Shown piece by piece: positions 18,299-29,161 of a stretch of 64,000 bases of DNA. The notes beneath the pieces were generated by a model. That model ran no database searches and was not told the origin of the DNA. It saw only the letters and a list, made by a program, of their open reading frames with translations. The stretch comes from Minisyncoccota bacterium (GTDB taxonomy: Bacteria; Patescibacteriota; Minisyncoccia; Phycocordibacterales; XYD1-FULL-46-19): NCBI GenBank assembly GCA_041665625.1, contig JBAYIK010000001.1, positions 2,091 through 66,090 on the forward strand, read 5' to 3'. Both the position numbers and the translations under genes were made by a program. Within the stretch, counting starts at the first letter, position 1, and every line of letters starts with the position of its first letter.

Positions 18299-18359
18299 TC
18301 GTCTTGGTCTTTTTGTTTTCTTCTTGGTTTTTATCTTGAGTATGGTTTATACTTAAAGC

Positions 18360-19688
18360 GTGCTAAAGCTCAGAAAAATTTATTTTCTGTTTGTTATTTT
18401 TTTCTTCGCCAGCCCTCTTGTTGGTTTGGCGGAGAGTGCCAGTTCGGCCAGTTTTAATTTGCTCGAAGGGGTTATTTCTCCGGCGGGTTATTCGGCTTCT
18501 AGTAATTTCAAACTTAACGGCCTCATTTCACAATTTAGTATTGGACCGAGTCAGGCGGCCAATTTTCTTTTGAAGAGTGGCCTTCTTTATTTTCCGATTA
18601 TCAGCACCCCGGTTATTACTAGTTCGGCGGGGGATGGCCAGGTTGCTTTATCTTGGACAGGGGCGACAGGTCTCTTGGGTTGGAGCGTTGGCGAGTACGT
18701 TGTTGGTTGGTCAGGAATTTCAGGTGGCCCGTATACTTTAATTAGCGCGGGGACCAATCTTAGTTATACAAAGACGGGCCTAAGTAATGGCACTCCATAT
18801 TATTTTATAATTAAAGTTAAAGATGCTCTCGGTAACTATGTGGCAACTTCCACCCAAGTTTCAGTAACACCAGTTGCTCCTGTCGTTATCCCCCCTGGTG
18901 GCGGAGGAGGCGGGGGTGGCGGAGGAGGCGGGGGCGGAGCTACTGGTGGCGCCCGAGCAATTTTCCGCGGGCGGGCCTTCCCCTCAAGCGATGTCTCTCT
19001 TTTCCGTGATGGACAAAATGTCGCAACGACTAAAGCTGGGCCTGACGCTAACTTCGAAATTTCTTTAGGTAACTTATCGGCCGGCCTTTATAATTTTGGA
19101 GTCAATTCTACTGACAATTTGGGCCGTCAATCCTTAATTCAGACTTTCCCGGTAACTTTGTCCGGCAGTGCGGAGGTGGTAATTAGCGGTATTTTTATTG
19201 CCCCCTCAATTTCGGTTGATAAGCAAGAAGTTAAACAGGGTGATAATATTGCCATCTTTGGGCAGAGTGTTCCCAATGCCAAAGTGACAATTGCCATTAA
19301 TTCCGAGCAACAAATTTTTGCTCAAGCCGGGACTGACAAGTCGGGGGCTTATTTATATAATCTTGATACCGCCCCTTTAGAATTGGGTGGCCACACCGCG
19401 AAGTCTAAGGCGGCTCTGGCGACCGAGATAAGTCCTTTTGGCCCAACAGCAGGCTTTAAGGTTGGGACAGAAAATGTGCTAGCTGACCTTAAGGCCAAGA
19501 AATGTCCGGCTAAGGGGGATCTCAATACCGACTGTAAGGTCAACCTAATAGACTTTTCTATTGCTGCTTATTGGTACAAGCGCCCACTCTCGGCGACTTT
19601 CCTGGCTCTCGAGAAGACAAAATTGAATGGCGATGGCAAACTTAATTTAACTGATTTTAGTATTATGGCGTACTACTGGTCTTCTTAA
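18360..19688 (+). CDS. Secreted fibronectin type III / Ig-like protein with C-terminal dockerin-like module
   Basis: Signal peptide; FN3 (GDGQVALSW...GLSNGTPYYF); poly-Gly linker; duplicated DLNTDCKVNLIDFSI / LNGDGKLNLTDFSI Ca-binding repeats. Confidence 0.8.
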   Translation: MLKLRKIYFLFVIFFFASPLVGLAESASSASFNLLEGVISPAGYSASSNFKLNGLISQFSIGPSQAANFLLKSGLLYFPIISTPVITSSAGDGQVALSWTGATGLLGWSVGEYVVGWSGISGGPYTLISAGTNLSYTKTGLSNGTPYYFIIKVKDALGNYVATSTQVSVTPVAPVVIPPGGGGGGGGGGGGGGATGGARAIFRGRAFPSSDVSLFRDGQNVATTKAGPDANFEISLGNLSAGLYNFGVNSTDNLGRQSLIQTFPVTLSGSAEVVISGIFIAPSISVDKQEVKQGDNIAIFGQSVPNAKVTIAINSEQQIFAQAGTDKSGAYLYNLDTAPLELGGHTAKSKAALATEISPFGPTAGFKVGTENVLADLKAKKCPAKGDLNTDCKVNLIDFSIAAYWYKRPLSATFLALEKTKLNGDGKLNLTDFSIMAYYWSS

Positions 19689-19698
19689 ACTTAAAAAT

Positions 19699-20613
19699 AT
19701 GATGTTAAAAAATTTTTCTAAAACTTCAATCACAACAATATTTTTCTTAACTATTTTTAGTTTTGTTTTTTTTGCTCAGCCCGCTTTAGCGGTAGATATT
19801 TTTCTTTTTTCGGCCCAACAAGAGCTTCCTGGCGATGAACTCGTTGTTTCCCTTGGTTTAGACACTGGGGCCGATAGAATTAACACTGTGTCTGGCGAAT
19901 TGTCTTATGATCAAAATATTTTAGACCTTATCTCAACTTCTAACGCGAACTCGGTAATTCCTCTCTGGGTGGAGGCACCGGCGAGTAAAACCCCTGGCCT
20001 CGTCTCTTTCTCCGGTATCGTTCCTGGTGGTTTTGGTGGACAAGGAAAGATCATCTCTCTTGTTTTCAAATCTAAAATAGGGGATAAGGACATTACCAAG
20101 CTTGTTAAAGTTAAAAAAATAGAAATCTTGCGCAATGATGGTGCTGGCACCGTCGTTGCGGTAAAAATTATTACACCAAGTGTTAGTCTCACTAATTCTT
20201 TAGATATCTCATCGGTTGGCGACACTAACGCTCCAGAGCCTTTTAAGCCCATATTGAGTAGAAATGACCCGCTTCTTGGCAATCAATCTTATCTTATTTT
20301 TAATACAACCGATAAAGGCTCAGGGATAGATAAATATTTTGTTATTGAGAGCCCCGTTAAATTAAATTTTAAAAGCGGTGCCAATTTAGAACAGAATTTT
20401 ATTTGGGCTCCAGCCGAGAGTCCTTATCTCCTGCAAGATCAGACACTCTCTAGTCATATTTATGTTAAAGCGGTTGATCGCGCAGGAAATGATTTAGTTG
20501 TTGAGTTGTCCCAAGAAAAAGAATTTTATCAGACTTGGTGGTTCTGGCTATTGATAATTATCTTGATACTTTTTGTTGTCATCTGTGGAAAACTTTATCG
20601 AAAGAAGTATTAA
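19699..20613 (+). CDS. Cohesin-like domain membrane protein
   Basis: Signal peptide; INTVSGELSYDQNILDL...LWVEAP..G.VSFSGIVPGG; DKGSGIDKY; C-terminal TM. Confidence 0.75.
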   Translation: MMLKNFSKTSITTIFFLTIFSFVFFAQPALAVDIFLFSAQQELPGDELVVSLGLDTGADRINTVSGELSYDQNILDLISTSNANSVIPLWVEAPASKTPGLVSFSGIVPGGFGGQGKIISLVFKSKIGDKDITKLVKVKKIEILRNDGAGTVVAVKIITPSVSLTNSLDISSVGDTNAPEPFKPILSRNDPLLGNQSYLIFNTTDKGSGIDKYFVIESPVKLNFKSGANLEQNFIWAPAESPYLLQDQTLSSHIYVKAVDRAGNDLVVELSQEKEFYQTWWFWLLIIILILFVVICGKLYRKKY

Positions 20614-20654
20614 TTATTTGTAACTAGTTGTATAATTAAGAGGTAAATATATCT

Positions 20655-22127
20655 GTGAAATATATTAAACTTTTTCTTTTAATTTTAGTCCTCTGCCCGA
20701 TAATTACTCTCGCCGCTGATCTTAGAGTTAGTGTGAGCAAGAGTGAGGTTGTTGTCGGTGAATTAATCTCGGCCCGTATTCTTGTGAGCACTCCAGATCA
20801 AGCCGCCAACGCGCTCTCGGGAGTCCTTAGCTTTAACCCTAGCAAGCTACAAGTCGTCTCGTTGTCTAAGGCTGGTTCGGTTGTTAACCTTTGGGTCACT
20901 GAACCGGATTTTTCTAATGCCAAGGGGCAGGTCTCTTTTGAAGGGGCTATTTTGAACCCCGGCTTTACAGGGAGTTCTGGTTCAGTCCTCACTATTAATT
21001 TCAAAGCGAAGGAAACTGGTGTCGCTACCCTATCCTTTGCTAATGGTTCAGTCTTGGCCAATGATGGCTCGGGTACCAGTATTCTCAACAAGCTCGGTCA
21101 AGCAACTCTCTCTATCAAAGCGCTTGCTCCAAAAATCGAACCAGTTATCCCCGAAGAAGCCGTAGAGCCTCCTGTTCCTGCTTCAGTCGCTAAGGTCTCT
21201 ACCACTGTGCCCGGTGCTCCGGTTATCTCTTCGCCGACTCACTTCGATCAGACTAAATGGTATAGCAATCGTTTTCCTAAATTATCTTGGACCTTGCCTG
21301 ATGATGTGACAGATGTTAGTTTTTTGCTTAATGATGAGAAGACAAGCAATCCTGGGACTAAGAGTGATGGTCTTTTTAATGATTATACGGCCGACAATGA
21401 AGTTCCGGATGGCCTTTGGTATTTCCATCTTCGTTTCAAGAATAGTAAAGGTTGGGGTCCTGTTTCGCACTTTACCCTTAATATCGATGGGACGCCCCCT
21501 AACCGTCTAGAGGTAGAAGAAAAAACTTTAGATGACCTAAATTATAAAACGAGTTTTATTTTTGACGGCTCTGATGAACTCTCAGGTCTTTCTCAATATG
21601 AATTTATTGTTGACAACTTAAAACCAGAAATTATTTTGGCTGATAAAGCCCACCTCTATGAGACGCCCGCTCTTTCGTCAGGCAATCACACCTTAACTAT
21701 TCGGGCCGTTGACCAAGCGGGGAATAGTTTAGAGAAAAAAGTTAATTTTGATATCATTTCCCCTCTCACTAAGGCTTCATTTTATCGTTGGGGGAGTAAC
21801 TTAGTTATTATTTTGTCAGTTTTGGTTCCGCTTCTGGCACTTTTATTTGCCTTGCTTTATGTTCTATTGATCGCTTGGCGCAAGGTGGCCAAACTTAAGC
21901 GCAGTCTGCGTCAGGAGGTGGATGAAGTTGAGGACCATATACACGAAGCCTTCGACTTTATTCGTGAAGATCTGCGAGAGCAGGTTAAACTTATTGAGAA
22001 GACAAAGGGCAAGCGCAAGCTCACCTTGTTGGAGAATAAAATTATGCGAAAATTGCGTAATAATTTGGACGAAACTGAAAAATATATCAAGAAAGATATT
22101 GAGGAAATTGCCGAGAAGGTAAAATAA
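20655..22127 (+). CDS. Cohesin-like plus Ig-like membrane protein with cytoplasmic coiled coil
   Basis: ANALSGVLSFNPSKLQVVSLS..GSVVNLWVTEP..VLANDGSGT; TM near residues 385-410. Confidence 0.75.
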   Translation: MKYIKLFLLILVLCPIITLAADLRVSVSKSEVVVGELISARILVSTPDQAANALSGVLSFNPSKLQVVSLSKAGSVVNLWVTEPDFSNAKGQVSFEGAILNPGFTGSSGSVLTINFKAKETGVATLSFANGSVLANDGSGTSILNKLGQATLSIKALAPKIEPVIPEEAVEPPVPASVAKVSTTVPGAPVISSPTHFDQTKWYSNRFPKLSWTLPDDVTDVSFLLNDEKTSNPGTKSDGLFNDYTADNEVPDGLWYFHLRFKNSKGWGPVSHFTLNIDGTPPNRLEVEEKTLDDLNYKTSFIFDGSDELSGLSQYEFIVDNLKPEIILADKAHLYETPALSSGNHTLTIRAVDQAGNSLEKKVNFDIISPLTKASFYRWGSNLVIILSVLVPLLALLFALLYVLLIAWRKVAKLKRSLRQEVDEVEDHIHEAFDFIREDLREQVKLIEKTKGKRKLTLLENKIMRKLRNNLDETEKYIKKDIEEIAEKVK

Positions 22128-22211
22128 AAGTTCTTACTTAGTTATCCCCTAAGAAACTCTCTTTTTGCTTAATAAATAACATTAATATTTGCTATAATAT
22201 AAGCAAACTTT

Positions 22212-25200
22212 ATGTTTTTTTGTTGGCAAAATTTCTTTAGGAATCGGCGCTTTTTGGCTATAGTTTTTTTGCTATTTTTTTCTTTGCAATTTTTTGTTTT
22301 TTCCTCGGCTTCGGCCGCCACTGGTGTCCCTCAAATTATGAGTTATCAGGGGCGCTTGGCAAATTCGGCGGGGGACTTGGTTGGAGGGACTGGAGCGATT
22401 TATTCTTTCAAATTTTCTCTTTGGGATAACGCTACTGTCGGCTCTGGTTCTAGGGTTTGGCCAGCTACTTCTCCGACCGCTTTTACTTCAACAGTTCGCC
22501 AAGGACTTTTTAATGTGAATATTGGGGATACTGACAATGGATATCCGGATGCTCTTAACTACGATTTCAGTCAGAACAACAAAATTTATTTACAGATTGA
22601 AGTTTCTTCTGATGGTATTACTTACGAGACTCTGGGCCCTCGCCAACCCATTACCAGTGCGCCTTTTGCCCAAGTGGCTGGCTCTGTCTACGGTTCAGGT
22701 ATTTCCACTATGGGTGGTCTTGTTGTAAATGGCAACAGCACTACTACCAGTTTAGCGATTGCTGGTTTAGCTAACACCTATCTGGCTGTTAATGGCCTTG
22801 GCCAAGTCATTGCCACAACTTCCCCCGCCTTCTCTTTTTCTGAACTCGATCCCTACTACTCCGTTGCTTCTTCTTCTCTTTTGCATTATGGCACGACCTC
22901 TGACGCTCTAACCGAAGGTCTCGTTAACAAATTCTACACTCAGGCCAAAGTTTGGACTGATATTGTCGCTTCTTCCACCTTTCAAACTTTTTCTAATTAT
23001 TGGACGAAGACGGGGGATGATCTGAGTTATCTCACAGGGGATGTTTCTGTTGGGACGAGCTCTTCGGCCTCCACTTTCAATATCCAGGCCTTGGCTGGTG
23101 CTTCGGCACTTAATATTGCGTCTTCAACAGGGGCGTCAATGTTCACCGTTGCGAGTAATGGCAATGTCGGAATTGGTACGGAAAACCCAACCAATGCCCT
23201 GGTTGTTAATGGGACAGCCAGTGCCTCTCTCTTCCTTGGCCAAGTTCGGGGGACTCTATGGTTAAGTTCTGCCGCGGATATTGGATTTAACCGATTGTCA
23301 GCTGGGGTGGCAACAGTTAATGGTACGGCGGGCTCAAGCGCTTTACGTCCTCTTATCGCCTCTAACTTTTTTACAGGGACAACGACAACCTCCAGCCAGG
23401 TTGGCATACTTAACATCGCTACTACGACGGGGGACTCTTATCTGTTTGTTGGGAATACTGGTCTTGTTGGCCTCGGCACTACTACACCCGACTCTAACCT
23501 TAATGTTTTTGGCACCACTAACACCTTCTTGCGTGTCGCTTCCTCCACCAACCAAAACATTTTTGTTATTGATGGCTCTGGCGACTTGTCAGCCACGGGC
23601 AACTTGGCGATGACGGGGGCGGTCACTGGTTCTAATCTTAATGTTACAAATTGGAATACGGCCTATGGTTGGGGTGATTGGGCAACTGGTGTCTGGGCCT
23701 CTTCCACTCTCTCCACTCTATTCGCCAATGCCTCCACCGCTTTCTCTTGGGGCGACCACTCTCTTCTTGGTTATCTCACCAATGCTTTGTTTGATACACG
23801 TCTCGCCGCCACCACTTCACTCCCAAATCTCGCGACACTCGCTGGCCTCACCGATATTGGTTCCGCTTCCGCCACCACAACAATTGGCGGGAGTTCTCGT
23901 TTTATTGTTGGGGCCAATGGCAATGTGGGGATTGGGACAAGTACACCAAGCGAGGTGCTTAGCGTTGTGGGGAATTCAATTTTTGGGACGAGAAACAATA
24001 TTACTAATTTTGCCTCGAGTTTTGGCATAACGAGTTACTCCGCGATTATTGGCTCTGCTGACACCGACAAGCCGGGGCTTGTTTTGGGAGATTTTGACGG
24101 AACGAAAAATCGAAGGTCTGCTATTTATCTCGACAATTCTTATCCCGCAACTGTTTTTAGGTCTACATATAGTACCGGCGGTTCTCCTAATTGGGTTTTC
24201 TATAATGGTTCTGTTGGCATTGGCACCACCACCCCACTAGCCAAACTTGATATTGCCGGTACACTTGGCTCGACAGCGGACTTATTTAATGTCTCCTCGA
24301 CCACGGAGGCTAATGTTGTTTCTAGTTTGTTCAAAATTGCTTCGGATGGCAAAGTAACAGTTGGCGCCACCCTTAATCTTAGTGCTCTTTCTGACTCATA
24401 TCTCTCCGTCAATAGCCTTGGTCAGGTGATTGCGACTTCCACCCCACTTCTTTCTTTTGACGAAACTGATCCCTACTACACAGCCGCCTCTTCTACCCTC
24501 TTACGCTATGGAAACAGTTCCGATGTCTTAACTGAAGGTGTGATCAATAAGTTTTATACTCAGGCCAAAGTTTGGGATGATATTGTCGCTTCCACAACTT
24601 TCCAAGCCTTTGCCAATTATTGGACGAAGGTGGGGAACGATTTGAATTATTTAACAGGGAATGTTGCCGTTGGTACCACAACATTTGATGGAACGAACCC
24701 AGAAAAGTTTTTGGTTGATGCTGGTAATACTAGTTCGGTCAACGGCTTAGTTGTTCGGGGTAGTATCGATAATTATTTCCAGATGAATATAAAGAATAGC
24801 TCGGGCGGCACGAATGCTTCTACTGATATTGTGGCCACGGGTGATACTGGTAACGAAGGTACTGGTTTTATCGATATGGGTATTAATAGTTCGGGCTACA
24901 CGGGGGGTATCGTGGGCCTCGCTAATGACACTTATCTTTATGGTTCTTCGACGGGGAATATGCTTATTGGCAATGCTTCAGCTGGCAAGAATTTAATTTT
25001 CTTCACGAACGGTGCTAATGGCTATACTAACGAGAAGATGAGAATTAGCTCAAGTGGTTTTGTCGGCATTGGTAATTGGAGCCCGACACAAGCACTTGAA
25101 GTCGGATCAACCACGGCCGGGTTGAATGGAATCTTCAACGCGACTCTTGGGGCCGAGCTTACTCCTACTTTTGACGCCGGCAATTGGACAGGGACAAATG

Positions 25201-28200
25201 GTTGGTCAGCGACGGGTTCGACTTTAGAAAAAGTTACTAATGCGACAGCTGGTACCATTACTCCTTCAGGAGCAGGGGCCACCCCTGCCATTGGGACGAC
25301 TTATCAGATTACCATCACAACTTCAGCGAAGGGGGCCGCCGCTGTTACCTACACTTATGGTGGTGTTACCGGTACGACTATTGTCGTCGGAACTTTTACT
25401 GATTATATTACCGCTGTTACCGCGGGTAAGCTTATTATTACTGGGGCGATTTCCTCTACGGCCACCATTACTGGTGTTAGTATTAAAGCCTTGACCAATA
25501 ACACTGGTGATCTCACTGTTTTTGGTGATATTAAGCTTGGGAGTCGAATAACTAATCCTAACGGGACTCTTGGCTTGGAAATTTCGCCAACAGGGGCGGC
25601 TGTATTCGGGAGCACTGTGAACGCTGCTGGCCGTATAACAGGGGCTGGCCTCGCCGCCGGAGGCACCGTCACTGGTGTCACCTCATTGGCTCATAGTTTA
25701 GCTATTACGGGTACTGTCCCAACTCTATACGTCTCGACGGATGGTTATATCTTAACAGCGGCCGCTTCAACAGGTGTCACAAGCACACTTGTTCCACTTA
25801 GTATCTCTCCTCGTATTAGGCAAGTTGGTCAAGCTTGGGATATTGATAGTGCGGCGAATGTTCTCAATAATTATTGGTCCGAGGTTATCGCTTATCCTGG
25901 GACAACAACTGTTAATTCTAAACTCTCCTGGTTTTATAGCCAAGGAGCGATGGCCGCTGCGGCTGAATATCAAGCACCCGAGATTATGAACTATTATAAT
26001 GGCAGCCTTAATGTGCTTGGTTCAACTTATGGCGATGAGGTCTTAACTAATGGCGCTCTTGCAACCCCTGGTGCTGAGTGGTCTGTCTCGGCGACAGGGT
26101 TTACTCTTAATGGTAGTGCCGCTGTTTATGTCCACCATGCTTCGGGTGGCACTCTTACACAACCAAGCACTTCTTTTGATCCGCCAGTAAAAGCCAACAG
26201 GTGGTACAGATTTACTTGGACGTCATCAGCTCTTAATACAACGGCTCGTGCCTATATTGATCCAACAGGTATTTCGGCCGAAAGAGTATATTTACGCGGA
26301 ACAGTGGTAACAGCTGGTACTTATACGGTAACTTTCAAAACCAATTCCAACCCGGGCAACTTTATTATCACGGCTGATTCAAACTCTTCAGGTGATGGAT
26401 TCACTCTTGATGATTTGTCACTGGTCGAAGTTAATTCTGGGAATGTTGTGGCGAATGGTTTGTTTACTGGTGGAGGAACCGAAGGACTTAAGATTGATAA
26501 TAACGGTCTAGTCGGCATCGGCACGAGTACTCCTGATTCTGAATTAAATATTTTTGGCAACAATACGACTTTCCTGCGCGTTGCTTCCTCTACTAACCAA
26601 AACATTTTTGTCATCGACTCTAGTGGTAACGTTAGCTTGTCAGGTAATCTAACCCTCGGCAATCTCAACGGCCCCCTCCAAGCCATCAATGGCCTTGTCT
26701 CAGCGACCTCTTCGATTGGCTCTGGTTATCTCTCTGGTAACGTGATGCTAGAAGGTGAAAATATCTCTTTGTTAAATAACGATGCTAATTATCTTGCTTA
26801 CGGCACGTCATCTGACGCTCTTACCGAAGGCCTCGTCAATGAATTTTATACTCAGGCTAAAGTTTGGACAGATATTATTGCTTCTTCCACTTTCCAAACT
26901 TTTGCTAATTATTGGACAAAGACGGGGGATGATTTGGGGTATCTTGTTGGTAATGTGGGAATTGGAACTACCACCAATATGAGCAACAAGCTAACTATCG
27001 ACGGAGGAGATGGTTCTATCAGTGGATTAGAAATTCGTAATTTGGGGACAGCGACGAAGGGGATAGATCTCTCTAATTCTGGCCTCTCTGGGGCAACTGA
27101 CTACCCTATTTATATAGGAGCCTCTCAATATTGGACGGCCTCAAATGTTCTCAGGGCTTCGGTTGGATCTTTTTCAAGTGATCATTCAGCCTTAGACTAT
27201 CGTCCTTTTGGGACAAACTCGGATCTTGTCTATTGGCTTAAAAATGATGCAAATAAATTCTCTTTTGAAAATACGGCTGGCTTAGAAGTCGCGAGCATCT
27301 CCTCGGCTGGTGTTGCTTCGACGACTGGGCTGCAAGTTAATGGGAATAGTTTTTTGACTGGGACTTTGTCTATTGGGACAACTTCTGTCGACTCAACTTT
27401 TAGTTTGCAAGCTCTTGCTGGAGTCTCAGCTCTTAATATTGCTTCGTCTACTGGCGCCTCAATGCTCTATGTTTCCAATAGTGGCTATGTGGGAATTGGC
27501 AACAACGATCCTTCATATCCTCTTACTGTGACGGGGGACATTGTCGCTTTGGGAACTAATAATATAACCCTGAGTACTGTTAGCGGTTCCATTTATGCGG
27601 CTGGGGGATTGGTAAATAATGTTACAGCTAATAATTCTCGGGTGAGATCTCCTACTACTGGGGCCATAATTGATAGGAACGTTGCTGACTCTAATCCGGC
27701 CTTGACCGTCAACCAGGCCTGGAATGGTGCAGCAAGTACGGGGGATCTTCTAAGATTGCAATACGACAGCGTGAATAAGATTGTTGTCGACTATTCGGGG
27801 AATATGGGTATTGGGACAACTACTCCAACTTCTAAACTTGTGGTCTCTGGTGCTTCGACTTCTCCTCTCGCTTACTTTGCCGATGATAACAATAATAGCT
27901 TACAAATTACCAGCCAAACTTTGGGCCTAGCCCTTGAAGGACACACTACCGCTTTGGGGCCAGACATCTCGTTCGTCGGAGTTAAGGACTCTTTCGCAAT
28001 AATTAACAGCCCTTCTGCTAGTGTTTACGAAGCCCTAGGAGCTACTAATACCATCGGGATGTCCTTTTCTAATTCGGCTCTTAATGTCTCAGCTGACATT
28101 ACTTTTGAAGATGTTTTGGGACAACTTAAATTGCGTTCTGATTATATTGAACTTGATAGTGCTAATGGTGTCACCGTAACGGATCTTAATGTTAACGGCG

Positions 28201-29111
28201 CGGTCTATTCTAATAACGGGGTACTCACCAATGTTAATCCCTCATCTCGCACTTACAAGAATAATATCGTTGATACTAATCTCAATATTGATGCTTTATT
28301 AGGATTACAGATTAAATCTTTTAATTGGAATAAGTCTGGGCAAGCCGATTTTGGCCTCATCGCTGAAGAAGTTAAATCTGCTGTCCCTGAGCTTTATCTT
28401 GAGAGCAATGGGGTTAAGGGTTACCGGGCAGATCATTTACCTTTCTATTTATTGCAGATTGCCCAGAGGCAAGAAGCGGATCTTAATGAATTAAGGAGTA
28501 AGCTTGATTCTTTAACGGGCTCTAGTGTGCCGATTAGCTTAACTGAAGAAGGTCTTATTGATCCAGCGTTGTTTACTGTTTCTACTTCAAGCTTAAATAT
28601 TTCTACGACAACGGAAGAGCTTTCTACTTCTACTGCTTTCTCAATTCTCTCAGATCGTTTGCTTTCTGGATTGACGACAGTTAAGGATCTTGTCTCTGAA
28701 CGAATGGTCGCGATGGTTGGCCTCTTCGATTATGTTAAATCCAAACTCGTTGAGACTGATGTCCTCCGTGTTCAGAAGGGGATGGAGATTAAAGATTCTG
28801 CTACTGGCGAGATTTACTGCGTGCTAATTGTTAATGGTGAGTGGAAGAAGACAAAGGGCCAGTGTTCTGATACTTCTGCTATTCCCCCTCTTGTTCAACC
28901 CGATACTCCTGTTGCACCTCCTTTGATAATAGTAGAGACAGGGAGCAGTACCCCAAGCGTAGATACCAGCACTTCTACTTCCCTAGAGCTTATCTCTCCA
29001 CCTGAACCTGTCACCACTGTTGAACCCAATCTCGAACCTGCCCCTGTTCCTGAACCTAGCCCCGATCCTGCTGAGACCTTGAACGAGACGATACTTGCCC
29101 CTGAAGTTTAA
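22212..29111 (+). CDS. Giant surface/fibre protein (2299 aa) with GNVGIGT repeats and a peptidase S74-like chaperone domain
   Basis: Signal peptide; MSYQGRL N-domain; many GNVGIGTTTP repeats; SSRTYKNNI...FGLIAEEV...PEL followed by a coiled coil. Confidence 0.85.
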   Translation: MFFCWQNFFRNRRFLAIVFLLFFSLQFFVFSSASAATGVPQIMSYQGRLANSAGDLVGGTGAIYSFKFSLWDNATVGSGSRVWPATSPTAFTSTVRQGLFNVNIGDTDNGYPDALNYDFSQNNKIYLQIEVSSDGITYETLGPRQPITSAPFAQVAGSVYGSGISTMGGLVVNGNSTTTSLAIAGLANTYLAVNGLGQVIATTSPAFSFSELDPYYSVASSSLLHYGTTSDALTEGLVNKFYTQAKVWTDIVASSTFQTFSNYWTKTGDDLSYLTGDVSVGTSSSASTFNIQALAGASALNIASSTGASMFTVASNGNVGIGTENPTNALVVNGTASASLFLGQVRGTLWLSSAADIGFNRLSAGVATVNGTAGSSALRPLIASNFFTGTTTTSSQVGILNIATTTGDSYLFVGNTGLVGLGTTTPDSNLNVFGTTNTFLRVASSTNQNIFVIDGSGDLSATGNLAMTGAVTGSNLNVTNWNTAYGWGDWATGVWASSTLSTLFANASTAFSWGDHSLLGYLTNALFDTRLAATTSLPNLATLAGLTDIGSASATTTIGGSSRFIVGANGNVGIGTSTPSEVLSVVGNSIFGTRNNITNFASSFGITSYSAIIGSADTDKPGLVLGDFDGTKNRRSAIYLDNSYPATVFRSTYSTGGSPNWVFYNGSVGIGTTTPLAKLDIAGTLGSTADLFNVSSTTEANVVSSLFKIASDGKVTVGATLNLSALSDSYLSVNSLGQVIATSTPLLSFDETDPYYTAASSTLLRYGNSSDVLTEGVINKFYTQAKVWDDIVASTTFQAFANYWTKVGNDLNYLTGNVAVGTTTFDGTNPEKFLVDAGNTSSVNGLVVRGSIDNYFQMNIKNSSGGTNASTDIVATGDTGNEGTGFIDMGINSSGYTGGIVGLANDTYLYGSSTGNMLIGNASAGKNLIFFTNGANGYTNEKMRISSSGFVGIGNWSPTQALEVGSTTAGLNGIFNATLGAELTPTFDAGNWTGTNGWSATGSTLEKVTNATAGTITPSGAGATPAIGTTYQITITTSAKGAAAVTYTYGGVTGTTIVVGTFTDYITAVTAGKLIITGAISSTATITGVSIKALTNNTGDLTVFGDIKLGSRITNPNGTLGLEISPTGAAVFGSTVNAAGRITGAGLAAGGTVTGVTSLAHSLAITGTVPTLYVSTDGYILTAAASTGVTSTLVPLSISPRIRQVGQAWDIDSAANVLNNYWSEVIAYPGTTTVNSKLSWFYSQGAMAAAAEYQAPEIMNYYNGSLNVLGSTYGDEVLTNGALATPGAEWSVSATGFTLNGSAAVYVHHASGGTLTQPSTSFDPPVKANRWYRFTWTSSALNTTARAYIDPTGISAERVYLRGTVVTAGTYTVTFKTNSNPGNFIITADSNSSGDGFTLDDLSLVEVNSGNVVANGLFTGGGTEGLKIDNNGLVGIGTSTPDSELNIFGNNTTFLRVASSTNQNIFVIDSSGNVSLSGNLTLGNLNGPLQAINGLVSATSSIGSGYLSGNVMLEGENISLLNNDANYLAYGTSSDALTEGLVNEFYTQAKVWTDIIASSTFQTFANYWTKTGDDLGYLVGNVGIGTTTNMSNKLTIDGGDGSISGLEIRNLGTATKGIDLSNSGLSGATDYPIYIGASQYWTASNVLRASVGSFSSDHSALDYRPFGTNSDLVYWLKNDANKFSFENTAGLEVASISSAGVASTTGLQVNGNSFLTGTLSIGTTSVDSTFSLQALAGVSALNIASSTGASMLYVSNSGYVGIGNNDPSYPLTVTGDIVALGTNNITLSTVSGSIYAAGGLVNNVTANNSRVRSPTTGAIIDRNVADSNPALTVNQAWNGAASTGDLLRLQYDSVNKIVVDYSGNMGIGTTTPTSKLVVSGASTSPLAYFADDNNNSLQITSQTLGLALEGHTTALGPDISFVGVKDSFAIINSPSASVYEALGATNTIGMSFSNSALNVSADITFEDVLGQLKLRSDYIELDSANGVTVTDLNVNGAVYSNNGVLTNVNPSSRTYKNNIVDTNLNIDALLGLQIKSFNWNKSGQADFGLIAEEVKSAVPELYLESNGVKGYRADHLPFYLLQIAQRQEADLNELRSKLDSLTGSSVPISLTEEGLIDPALFTVSTSSLNISTTTEELSTSTAFSILSDRLLSGLTTVKDLVSERMVAMVGLFDYVKSKLVETDVLRVQKGMEIKDSATGEIYCVLIVNGEWKKTKGQCSDTSAIPPLVQPDTPVAPPLIIVETGSSTPSVDTSTSTSLELISPPEPVTTVEPNLEPAPVPEPSPDPAETLNETILAPEV

Positions 29112-29118
29112 AACATAA

Positions 29119-29161
29119 AAAACAAACCACCGCTAGGTATTACCTAGCGGTGATTTGTTTT
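29119..29161. terminator. Bidirectional intrinsic terminator
   Basis: AAAACAAAcCACCGCTAGGTA-T-TACCTAGCGGTGaTTTGTTTT. Confidence 0.85.

Noticed and set aside
18897-18950. GGCGGAGGAGGCGGGGG repeats as a G-quadruplex or contingency locus
   Set aside because: Explained as a poly-Gly linker, like the one at about 1015-1048
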